64,000 nucleotides of DNA from Sphyrna mokarran. Lineage: Eukaryota. Both the position numbers and the translations under genes were made by a program. The notes beneath the pieces are model-generated. The model worked only from the letters and a program-made list of their open reading frames with translations. It was not told the DNA's origin and ran no database searches. This document shows positions 25,130-35,930 of this stretch, in pieces; the stretch's first letter is position 1, and each line of letters starts with the position of its first letter. The stretch lies in contig JAGIQG010000009.1 of assembly GCA_024679065.1 (NCBI GenBank), forward strand, positions 81,220,001 to 81,284,000. Direction: 5' to 3'.

Positions 25130-25238
25130 ACAGAATTCCCACTCACCTGATGAAGGGTCAGTGCTCCGAAAGCGAGTGGTTTGTGCTACTAAATAAACCT
25201 GTTGGACTTTAACCTGGTGTCAGACTGCTTACTGTGTC
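25130..25238 (+). mobile_element. Penelope-like palindromic element remnant with a degenerate hammerhead core (CTGATGA 25147-25153, GAAA 25168-25171)
   Basis: cacCTGATGAagggtcagtgctccGAAAgcgagtg followed by an aataaacctgttggactttaacctggtg arm; the cleavage-site U is replaced by G. Confidence 0.7.
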
Positions 25239-25454
25239 ATTGATTGACAGTCCAAGCAACCAATCAGGACAATCACTTGTTGAAGTGCAGCCAATCAGCT
25301 GATGGAGAGGTGGGACATTTCCAAAGCACTCACCAGACATATACTGAATATTCTTAATGTTTATTACCTTTTACACATTGACATTGACAGAAAAAAGACT
25401 TGAATAAACAGCCCAGCCAGAGGAAGCTGGAGAAGTTCACAGGGAGAATGGAGG

Positions 25455-25460
25455 TTTATT
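25455..25460 (-). terminator. Probable polyadenylation signal of the cluster 2 light-chain mRNA (second signal at 25360-25365)
   Basis: First canonical AATAAA shared with cluster 3 (55612-55617) downstream of the C stop. Confidence 0.65.
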
Positions 25461-25718
25461 AAAACACTTGTGGAGATTTTCTCAATAACATGAGAATCCT
25501 GTCCCTTTAAACAGTGACTAAAGCTTCAATTGTAACTGCAGGGTGAGCAGGAAGGAGGTCTGGTTTACTGAAGCAGATACTTCAGAGGGTCACATTATTT
25601 CTGAACAGCTGACAGTATTCAGCACTCCCAGTAAAGGCACAGCACAGGGTTAATAGAGAGTAAAGCTCCCTCTACAATATCCCAACAATGTTCTTTAACC
25701 CCTGACCCTCAGAAGTGT

Positions 25719-25928
25719 TGATGTAGAGATGCCGGCGTTGGACTGGGGTAAACTCAGTAAGATTTTACAACACCAATTTTAAATCCAACCAATTTATTTG
25801 GTAGTAAATTCGCGAGCTTTCGATGCTATATGCACCTTCCTCAGGCAAATGCAGTGTTCTGCATTTAGAATGAGGGAATTTAGTTACTACCAAATAAATT
25901 GGTTGGATTTAAAATTGGTGTTGTAAAA
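25719..25928 (-). mobile_element. Penelope-like palindromic insertion in the predicted C 3' UTR, with 12-bp target-site duplication
   Basis: cctcagaagtgt duplicated at 25707-25718 and 25929-25940; single copy (empty site) at about 55864-55875; perfect 45-bp inverted arms 25763-25807 and 25884-25928. Confidence 0.88.
25808..25850 (-). ncRNA. Minimal type I hammerhead ribozyme motif
   Basis: AUUUGC-CUGAGGA-A-GGUGC(AUAUA)GCAUC-GAAA-GC-UC^GCGAAU: complete core, 6-bp stem I, 5-bp stem II, vestigial palindromic stem III (AGCU). Confidence 0.75.
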
Positions 25929-26061
25929 CCTCAGAAGTGTCTCAGACCCAGTCTCAGGAAGGAAGAGAATTGTAATTCAATGCTGACAGTGACCTTTACC
26001 CTCCCAGCTCACCCCTGTTCTATTCCAAGTTGTGTCTCCTCTGTGGACTGTCTCTAACACT

Positions 26062-26390
26062 CTAGGCACATTCTGAACTCCTGACACTCTTGCTGAGGGG
26101 AGAGGAGAGGCTCACGTGGGTGAGGGCACAAGAGAAGCGAGCGTTGGACTCCCAGTCGGAGCCAGAGAGGGTCAGCAGGCTGCTGACACTGTAGGTGTTG
26201 TCCGAAGCTCGCAGGTAGTTGCTGGTCTGAATCCCGTTGGAAATGGCTGCACCGTCCTTCTTCCACTTCACCTCCACCTCATCGGGATAGAAGTGATCGG
26301 CAAGGCACACCAGGGTGGCAGTGCCCTTGGTCTTGACCTCCTCCGGGGAGGGGGGCAGCAGGGTCAGCGTGGGTTGTGAATTCTCACGGG
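26062..26390 (-). CDS. IGKC: Ig kappa-type constant exon, cluster 2 ((T)RENSQPTLTLLPPSPEEVKTKGTATLVCLADHFYP...FSCALTH...SSECA*)
   Basis: Intact C1-set domain with both Cys, Trp and the penultimate inter-chain Cys; ttccag acceptor in phase with the J donor; TAG at 26062-26064. Confidence 0.97.
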
Positions 26391-26439
26391 CTGGAACAGA
26401 AGAGAAGGAATTTTAATCACTGCCATTTTCAGCCTTTCA

Positions 26440-27300
26440 TCATCCCGAATATTAACTGGGATCAAATCAGTGTCAATGTTTGAATGTTGCAGAATTCTGA
26501 AAATCCATTCGAGGGGAACGTTTTTAACCAGTCCGGAACAATCCCAACAAGAGAAGGGTCAGTTTTAGCAGTTTTAGAGAATGAAACTCAGCATGTGGAA
26601 GGTGTATCAGTGAGAGAGCATTTGGGTAATAATGATCATAATAGATTTAGAGTAGCTCCGGAAAAGGGGAAAGATCGATCAAGAGTAAACGTTTTAAATG
26701 GGAAAAGGCCAATTTCACTAAACTGGAATTTGCCAAAATGGAAAGGAAACAGTGACTTGAAGGTAAATCAGTGTCAGAGCAGTGGGAGGATATTCGAGCT
26801 GGAGATAGAGTTCAGGACATATATGTTCATCAAGCAATAGTGTGGGACATTGCAAAGAGAATAACTAAGGATTAAATAGGGCTGATTGGAGAGCAAAAAG
26901 GTAACTTGTGTGTGGAAAGAGAAGACGTATAGCTGGTTCTTAATGAATAATTTACATCAAATATCATAAGTGGGAGAGGCAAAGTTGACATTGTAGGTTC
27001 AAGAGGGGAGGGATTGTGAAATAATTAATGGGATAATGATAGTGAGCGAGGAGATATTAATGTATTTATCATCTTTTAAAATGGAGAAATTCCCAGGGCC
27101 GGGTGAAATATATCCCAGGATGCGAAGAGAAGAACAGGAAGAAATAACAGAGACTCTGACCATTATTTTCCAATCCTCTCTGGGTATAGGTGTCAGTGTA
27201 GGTGGACTGGATGATGGAGAATGCTTTTTAAAATTAAAAGCTGGTGGAATCCAAGGGAAAGTGGCACATTGGACTACAAATTCATTTAATGTCTAAGGGT
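26440..27300 (+). mobile_element. Old degenerate CR1 ORF2 fragment in the J-C intron; paralogue at about 56370-57230
   Basis: EHLGNNDHN and KFPGPGEIYPR remnants. Confidence 0.7.
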
Positions 27301-30300
27301 AAAGGTTTGATTTCAAGCTGGTTGAATCATTTTGCAATGTTACTGAAACATTTGTAAAGGCGGTTACTACAAATTCAGCACTGAAATGGTTAATAGTGAG
27401 AGTGTTTAAAGACACGGTGTCCCTTTAAGAGACTGTTAACCAATCAGGAAGCTGGAACTATTGCTCAGTCTGTCTGGGGGAAACAGGTTGAGCATCAACA
27501 AACCTCAGATCACACACAGATCAGGAGAACTTTATTCCAGAACATTGGAGCAGACTTGGATCAACACACTTCACACAGGATTCCCATTGGCTGGTGTAGA
27601 AACTTCTAGATTTCATTTCAAACCTTACTGCCCAGCACTGGGCTGAGGTCAAGGGTGAGGCTAGAATTAGTCTCAGTGTCCAGGGGTCAGACAGGGTCAC
27701 TGCTCCAAATGACCCCATGAATTCTGGAGAATGTGAGTATGTGGAGAATGGGAGAGAGTCAGGATCAGGAATCTTTAATCTCAAAGACAGAATTACATTT
27801 CTATAGCACCTGTCACCACCTCAGAATATCTCAATGTGTTTTACAGCTCATGGTGCATAGGAAGATAACAAGGAGCAGAGTGAGAAAGAACAGATAAGCA
27901 GATTTGTAGTGATATTGATTGAGGGATGAATATTGACCAATTCACCGGGATGAACTCCCCTGCTCTTCTTCCAATAGTACCATGGGATCTTTTACACCCC
28001 CTGAGAGGGCAGATATCAGATTGTCTCATCTGAAAGATGGGAGGCCTGTAGTTTAGAGTGGGGGATATGACAGGTACTGGTTCTTTCCCCATGAAGATTT
28101 TGGAAGTGGATGGGGAAAGTGGGAGGTGAACTAGAGAAACATCTTTGTTGCTGCTGAAACTCTTGCTATCTGCTCAGTCACATCTAATAAACACACAGAC
28201 ACATCAGACAAACATCAGTCTGTTTCTGTGGATTCTCTGCTGCTTTCAGTTCAATGAAGAGTGCAGGAGGACATGCCAGGAGCAACAACAGACACACTGA
28301 AAAATGAGGTGTTAACCTGGTGAAGCTACAACACAGAGACTGTGTGCCAAACAGTAGAAGCAGCAAGTGATAGACAGAGTTAAACAGTCCCACAACCAAT
28401 GGATCAGATCTAAGCTCTGCAGTCCTGTCACATCCAGCCGTGAATGGTGGTGGACAATTAAACAACTCACTGGAGGAGGAGGCACCACAAATATTCCCAT
28501 CCTCAATGATGGAGGAACCCAGCACATCAGTACAAAAGATAAGGCTGAAGCATTTGCGGGAATCTTCAGCCAGAAGTTCTGAGTGGATGATCCATCTCGA
28601 CCTTCCCCGGAGGTCCTGAAGACTTGTACTCCAGAACTTGCCGTGTCCCTGACCAAACTGTTCCAGTACATCTACAACACTGGCATCAACATAACATTGT
28701 GATAAATTACCCGGTTATGAACTGCACGAAAAACAGGACAAATCCAATCTACACAATAACCACCCCATCAGTCTACTCTTGATCATCAGCAATGTGATCT
28801 GAACATATCCAGAGCGATACAAAGCAGCACTTACTCAGCAATGATCTGCTCACTGACACTCAGTTTGTGTTCACCAGGATCACTCAGCTCCTGATCTCAT
28901 TACAGTCTTGGTTCAAACATGGACAAAAGAGCTGAACTCCAGAGGTGAGGTGAGAGAGACTGTCCTTAACATCAAGGCAGCATTTCAGCAAGTGTGGCAT
29001 CAAGGAGCCCTCACAAAACTGGAGCCAATGGGAATCAGGGGAAAACTCTCCACTGTTTGGAGTTGTACCCGGCACAAAGGAAGATGGTTGTTGTTTGGGG
29101 TTTAACTCTACAATCTATATTAATGAGTTGGATGAAGGGAATGAGAGGAATGTGACTAAACTTGCTGATGATAAAATGAAAAATAGAAATGCATGTTGTG
29201 AGGAGGATCCAGAGTCTGAAAAGGGATAGAGATAGGTTCAGTGAGTGGGGAAATATCGACAGATGGAGAATAATGTGGGAAAATGTGAGGTTGTCCACTT
29301 TGGCAGGAAAATAGAGCAGAATACTAGTTAACTGGAGAAATTCTATTGAGTGATCTGGGTGTCTTTGTATCCAGGAACAGCAAAAAATTAAGAAGGCGAA
29401 TGGAATGTTGTTCCTCTTCATTCCAATGAGGATGAGTATAAAAGGAGGGATGTTTTGCTACAGCACATTGGGAAAACCACACTGAGAATTTTGTGGATAC
29501 TTAGGGTCTCCTTACTTAAGGAAAGATATAGTAGAATTGGAAAGAGTTCAGAGATGGTTCACTGGGCTGATTCCACCGAGTAAGGGATTGTCGTATGAGG
29601 AAAGCTTGAGCAGGTTGGGCCGATACTCATTGAAGTAGAACTTATTCCATCACCTCAGCACTATCTTCACCAGGGCAATTAGGGATGGGTGATAAATACT
29701 GATCTGCAGAGAATCACAGGAAATAGCAACAGGAATAGGTCATTTGGCCCTTTGAGTCTGTTCCACTATTCATCATGGTCATGGCTGATCATCCAATCAG
29801 TAGTCAGATCCTGTATTCCCCAACAAATCCTTCCATCCCATTCACCCCAAGAGATAAATCTAACTCTTTCTTGGAAATGTACAATATTTTGTCCTCACCT
29901 GCTTTCTGTGACAGTGAATTCCACAGGTTTCCCCCTCTCTGGGTGAAGGAATTTCTCTTGATCTCAGTCCTAAAAGGTTTACCCCATATTCTCAGACTAT
30001 GATGCCTCAAACTGGACGCTACCAGCATTTGGAACATACTTCCGGTATTTATCCTGACTGGTCCTATTGGAATTTTATAAGTTTATATGTGAACCTCTTC
30101 ATTCTTCTGGACTGCAGTGGGGGCAGGTGCAGTGACGCAGTGATTGGCACTGCTGCCTCACAGTGCCAGGGAGCCAGGTTCAATTTCCAACTTGGCTCAC
30201 TGTCTGTGTGGAGTTTGCACATTCTCCCCATGTCTGTGTGGATTTCCTCCCACAATCCAAAAGTTGTGCAGATTAGGTGAATTGGCCATGTTAAATTCTC

Positions 30301-31415
30301 CCTCAGAATACTTGAAGAGGCGTGGGAATGTGGCCACGTGGGAATTTTCACAGTGGCTTCATTGCAATGCGAATGTATGTCAACTTGTGGCTAATAAATA
30401 AACTTTAAAAAAAATCTTAACCAATGCAATCTCTGTTCCTACATCAAATCCACTATCGCATAAATCATTCCAACAAACATTTGCTGCAATTCTTCTATCG
30501 CAAAAACGCCTTTCTCAGATAAGGAGATAAAACTGTAAACATTATTCCCAGTGTGGTCTCACCAAGGCCCTGTATAACTGCAGAAAGACAGAATTACAAG
30601 GGACAGAATTACATAGGGTAGATATGAGGAAACTTTTCCCCTTAATCACAGAGGCAGCAGATTCTGAGAGAATTGAGGGAAATCTTTTCACCCAGAGGGT
30701 GCTGGGAATCTGGAACTCACTGCCTGAAAGGATGTTGGAGGTGGGAACCTTCACAACATTTAAGAAGCATTTAGATGAGCACTTGAAATTCCAAAGCAAA
30801 CAAAGCAACGGACCAAATGCTGGAAAATGGGATTCGAATCGATAGATGCTTAATGGGAGGCACAGACATGGACAGTAGAATCTCTAAAGTGCAGACGGAG
30901 ACCATTCGGCCCATCGAGTCTGCATCAACTCTTGCCCCATAAACCCCATGTATTTACCTCACTATTCCCCCTAACCTGTTTGAATTTTATAAGTCTCCAT
31001 GAATTGTTTCCTCATTCCTCTGAACTCCAGTGAATATAAGTCTTAACCACTCAATCTCTCCTCGTACATCAATCCCATTATAACAGGAATCAGTCTGGGA
31101 CACCTTATCTGCACTCCCTGTAGAGCAAAAATATCCTTCCTGAGATAGGGATACAAAACTGTGCACAATATTCCCAGTGCTGTCTCACCAAAGCCCTGTA
31201 TAACTGCAGCAGGTCAGAATTATGAAGACACAGAGCAGATATGAAGGAACTTTTCCCCTGTTAGCAGTAGATTCAAAAACCAGGGAGCATAGATTTAATT
31301 TCAGAAGCAGAAGATTTTGAGGGATTGGAGGAAAAACCTTTTCATTCAGAGAGTGTTGGGAATCTGGAACTCACTGCCTGGAAGGGTGGTGGAGGCAGGA
31401 ACCCTCACAACATTT

Positions 31416-31958
31416 CAAAGAACAAAGAACAAGAAACAAAACAGCACGGGAAACAGGCTCTTCGGTCCAACGAGCCAATGCTGCCAGCCCGATGTTCCCA
31501 CCTCTACCCGTGATCCCTGTCTATGTTTATAGATCTATGGATTAAAAACCAAATTTGAGACAATTTTGGGAGAATTTGTTTTGCCAATTAGCCGAAGAGC
31601 ACATCTTTGGGATGTGGGAGGAAACCGGAGCACCCGGAGAAAACCCATGCAAGCGGGGAGAATGCGCAAACTCCCATAGACACAGGCACAAATCGATATA
31701 TCTGCACAGCACACGGATAGTCAGTGAGCTGTCATGTTGCCCATCAAGTGGTCCAGATCAAGCGTACACTAACGACGTGAAGCACTAGGATACTTTCGAA
31801 AAAAAATCCAAGAGCAGTCCTCTTACGACCCATCACGTGTATGCCCCTCGTTAGACAACAAGGTGGACCAAAGCATCTGTAGGATAAAAACCCATGCTTT
31901 GCCAAGTGAAAAATAATTCCATCCTTGACAATGGCCTCCTGAGGTTTTCCTGCCTTTC
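31416..31958 (-). mobile_element. Truncated copy of the SINE-containing LINE 3' region, cluster-2 J-C intron
   Basis: Reverse complement of about 16690-17141; (caaagaa)n tail; empty site at about 4111-4135. Confidence 0.8.
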
Positions 31959-33456
31959 AGAAGCATTGAGATGAGAATTTGAAATTCCAAAGCATACAAG
32001 GCTACGAATCAAGTGCTGGAAAATGTGATTAGAATAGTTAGGAGCTTGATGGCCAGCAGAAACAGGATGGGCTGAAGGGGTTCTTTCTGTGCTGTAAATT
32101 TCTATGGCATTCTGACTGAGCTAAAATGGCCGAGAATGTAACATTACCATTTTCTGGAAAATTCTGATGTGCATAGAACACAGAACATTACAGCGCAGTA
32201 CAGGCCCTTGATATTGTGCTGACCAGTGTAACCAATGTAATGACCCTCTAACCTAAACTATTCCAATATTACTCATTTGCCTATCCAATGACCATTTGAA
32301 TGCCCCTAAAGTTGGCGAATCCACAACTGCTGCAGGCAGAGCATTCCACGCCCTTATTGCCCTCTGAGTAATTGCAAAAATCTGCAGGTTAGATGGATTG
32401 GCCATTCTAAATTGCCCGTAGTGTGTTCTTTAGATGGGTTAGCAATGGTAAATGTGCAGGGTTACAGGGAGCCTGGGTAAGAAGCTCTTTGGGAGAATCG
32501 GGTGAAAAGATTTCCCTCACGTCTCTCAAAATCTGCTGCCTCTGTGATCAACGGGAAAAGTTTCCTCATATCTACCCTATCTCTGTCTCTCGTAATTCTG
32601 TCGATGGACTGAATATCCTCCTCCTGCACTGTAGAGATTCAATGGCTAATAAAAAACTACACGGACTGTGTAAAGTTTCCACGGGTGAAGGGATCCATTT
32701 TAAATGATCCCTGTTGTGACCAAGCGAGGGCGGGATTCCAGCTGATTATTCCTCACCCAAAGGAAAACAAAACTGGGATCCTGTTGAGGAAGTTAACAAA
32801 TGAGGGACCCTGTCTGAGGACTGGTCACAACATGTACACAGCAAGATCCCACACACAGCAATGAGAACAATCAGCATTTCCAGTGACGTTGGATCCAGGA
32901 TAAATATCGGATTGAACTCATCCCAAACAGAAAGTAACAAAAGCCTGGAACACTGAAGCCACTGGATTGTGAGCCCTGCTGTGGCTGTTTGTCATCAGAA
33001 CTTCAGCAAGAGATAAGCAGGGAGTGGAGAGAGCAGAGTGAAAGCTGGGGCAGGTGGCACCTCGGTGTCTCACTGTGCTGCTGCTGTGATCAGTGATATC
33101 AGAGAGTGAGACAGAGAGTTCAACTTCACATCAAACTCTGCCTGTGTGTGTCACACTGAGACCGACAGGAGTCTAGAGAGTGATTTCACTCCATGCTGCA
33201 GGAATGTGAACACAGTCTGCAAACGTCCAAATCTCCTCCACACGGTGGGTAAAAGCTGCTTACTGAAATCTTGCTGTTTAAAGGGGGGAATGGAAGGAAA
33301 GAAATACAGCTGGACTCCCTGTTCTACACAATGTTCTTCAATCAACCATTTCATTGACTGCAACTTCCTCACTAACACCTTCAACTATTCAGTATTTGTG
33401 TTTGAGAAAGTTTCAGCATTGAAAGGGTTAATAACGGAGGATTGGGCTTTACTTAC

Positions 33457-33491
33457 TCAGTCTGAGTTTGGTTCCTTTAGCAAACGTAAGG
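33457..33491 (-). CDS. IGKJ: Ig kappa-type J segment, cluster 2 (LTFAKGTKLRL)
   Basis: Identical to J1, with GTAAGT donor. Confidence 0.95.
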
Positions 33492-33530
33492 CACACTGAC
33501 AGCTTCCAGTGCAGGAGCTGTACAAAAACC
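33492..33530 (+). other. J2 recombination signal sequence, 23-bp spacer
   Basis: CACACTG 33492-33498, 23-nt spacer, ACAAAAACC 33522-33530. Confidence 0.95.
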
Positions 33531-33742
33531 TCTGTCTCTGACTCACTGACTCATTCATCTCTTTCTCTCTCACTCTTTCTCTCTCCCTGTTCCTCTCTCT
33601 CTGTTTCTCTCAATATCCCTGTGTTTTATTGGGAGTGTTGAGGATTCTAATTTGAGATGATAAATCTTTCAGCTGCTCTTCATATGTGAACATGGAGAGT
33701 AAGAGAGAAACTCGAGGCCTTCAGTGAGCGGTGGACACCACA

Positions 33743-34969
33743 GTGTGTCCATTATTATATATTATATAAAACTGTGGGATGTGTCAGTACAGGAGGTGGG
33801 ACTGTGTGTCCATTATTATATATTATATAAAACTGTGGGATGTGTCAGTACAGGAGGTGGGACTGTGTGTCCAATATTATATATTATATAAAACTGTGGG
33901 ATGTGTCAGTACAGGAGGTGGGACTGTGTGTCCATTATTATATATTATATAAAACTGTGGGATGTGTCAGTACAGGAGGTGGGACTGTGTGTCCATTATT
34001 ATATATTATATAAAACTGTGGGATGTGTCAGTACAGGAGGTGGGACTGTGTGTCCATTATTATATATTATATAAAACTGTGGGATGTGTCAGTACAGGAG
34101 GTGGGACTGTGTGTCCATTATTATATATTATATAAAACTGTGGGATGTGTCAGTACAGGAGGTGGGACTGTGTGTCCATTATTATATATTATATAAAACT
34201 GTGGGATGTGTCAGTACAGGAGGTGGGACTGTGTGTCCATTATTATATATTATATAAAACTGTGGGATGTGTCAGTACAGGAGGTGGGACTGTGTGTCCA
34301 TTATTATATATTATATAAAACTGTGGGATGTGTCAGTACAGGAGGTGGGACTGTGTGTCCATTATTATATATTATATAAAACTGTGGGATGTGTCAGTAC
34401 AGGAGGTGGGACTGTGTGTCCATTATTATACATTATATAAAACTGTGGGATGTGTTAGTACAGGAAGTGGGACTGTGTATCCATTATTATATATTATATA
34501 AAACTGTGGGATGTGTCAGTACAGGAGGTGGGACTGTGTGTCCATTATTATATATCATACAAAACTGTGGCTTGTGTCAGTGCAGGAGGTGGGACTGTGT
34601 ATCCATTATTATATATTATATAAAACTGTGGGATGTGTCAGTACAGGAAGTGGGACTGTGTATCCATTATTATATATTATATAAAACTGTGGGATGTGTC
34701 AGTACAGGAGGTGGGACTGTGTGTCCATTATTATATATCATACAAAACTGTGGGATGTGTCAGTACAGGAGGTGGGACTGTGTGTCCATTATTGTATATC
34801 ATACAAAACTGTGGCTTGTGTCAGTACAGGAGGTGGGACTGTGTATCCATTATTATATATTATATAAAACTGTGGGATGTGTCAGTACAGGAAGTGGGAC
34901 TGTGTGTCCATTATTATATATTATATAAATCTGTGGGATGTGTCAGTACAGGAGGTGGGACTGTGTGTG
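33743..34969. repeat. 61-bp minisatellite, 20 copies, between J2 and V2
   Basis: Same unit as at 5974; tcca register runs from 33748 to 34907 (19 x 61 nt). Confidence 0.97.
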
Positions 34970-34973
34970 TTGG

Positions 34974-35001
34974 GGTTTTTGTAAGGCTCTGTATCACTGT
35001 G
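34974..35001 (-). other. V2 recombination signal sequence, 12-bp spacer
   Basis: CACAGTG (35001-34995), 12-nt spacer, ACAAAAACC (34982-34974). Confidence 0.97.
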
Positions 35002-35299
35002 TAGGGGGAGCTGTTACTTTGCTGACAGTAATAATCAGCGACATCCTCATTCTGAACTTTGCTGATTGTCAGGGTGAATCTTGTCCCATATCCACTGCCG
35101 CTGAATCGGTCAGACACTCCTGATGCAGTATTTGATGCATAGTAGATCAGCAGAGCCGGTTTCTGTCCTTCTCGCTGTTGATACCAATGCACGTCGTTGG
35201 TAACAGATTGACTGGCTGTACAGGTGATGGTGGCGGTCTGGCCCAGGCTCACTGACAGCACCGCGGGAGTCTGGGTCATGATGATCTCTCCATTGATAC
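35002..35299 (-). CDS. IGKV: Ig kappa-type V exon, cluster 2 ([10 protein letters not shown]...[11 protein letters not shown])
   Basis: Open V domain with all hallmark residues; AG acceptor at 35300-35301. Confidence 0.97.
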
Positions 35300-35485
35300 C
35301 TGAGGGGTAATAGAGAAACAGAGTGAAGTCAGAACTGTCACAGAAAGAGGCTGTACAATGAGATATTGTTGGAGACACTGACTGTTCCTCTCCTTTCAAC
35401 ATTTTCCCTTCAATCACAAGTCAGGAGAATTAGATTGAAATGGAGAGCAGGAAAATATTGAAGGTGGAAGGAGAGAGATTAGTAC

Positions 35486-35534
35486 CTGCGATGCAGAATG
35501 CCAGAGGCCAGAGCAGCTGGATGGCTGAAATCAT
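35486..35534 (-). CDS. IGKV: Leader exon of V2 (MISAIQLLWPLAFCIA-G)
   Basis: ATG at 35534, GT donor at 35485. Confidence 0.93.
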
Positions 35535-35594
35535 GGTGTGTGCTCGTGTCCCTGTGCCTGGTTACTGATAAACTCTCCCTTCACTGGGCTCTGC

Positions 35595-35690
35595 TTTATA
35601 AAGCTGCAGCCTGTGAGAGTCTCACTGCCTGTTCCTCAGTTTGTAAATGGTCTGACCCAGACAAACCACGTCAGCATCTTTCACTTCCTC
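35595..35690 (-). promoter_or_regulatory. V2 promoter: TATA 35595-35602, TGACGTGG 35666-35673, EICE 35679-35690
   Basis: Same motifs and spacing as the V1 promoter. Confidence 0.65.
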
Positions 35691-35930
35691 TTCTTCTCTC
35701 TCTGTCCCTCAGAAACTTTCCCTCAGAATCTATCCCTCAGACTCTGTCCCTCACTCTTTTGATATCTCTCTCAGTCGCCGTTTGTCTCTCTTTCTCTATC
35801 TCTCTCTCTCTATATATTTGTCTCTCTCTCTCTCATTCTCAGTCTTTCTCTCTCGATATCTGTCCCTCAGTCTCTGTCTCCCTCACTCTATCACTCCCTC
35901 AATTGCTGTCTCTTTCAATCTCTGAGTAAC
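35691..35930. repeat. CT-rich low-complexity tract upstream of the V2 promoter
   Basis: (tc)n and tctgtccctca repeats; largely absent or inverted at the V1 equivalent (7081-7121). Confidence 0.7.

Larger units (their letters stand above)
1..27598. repeat. Tandem segmental repeat unit 1 of the Ig light-chain cluster array (about 27.6 kb)
   Basis: The sequence at 1 (gaaacttctagatttcatttcaaacc) recurs at 27599 and 57530, with colinear J, V, TE mosaic and C in each period. Confidence 0.95.

Noticed and set aside
25141-25178. Active hammerhead ribozyme
   Set aside because: The cleavage-site U is mutated (GAAAGCGA), stem II is disrupted, and it is antisense to and outside the predicted mRNA.
33743-34969. 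CRISPR-like array
   Set aside because: Contiguous 61-bp tandem units with no unique spacers, no cas genes, and a vertebrate context; it is a minisatellite.
34389-35004. Cys/Tyr-rich repetitive ORFs (179 and 123 aa)
   Set aside because: Read-through of the minisatellite; no independent sign of coding.
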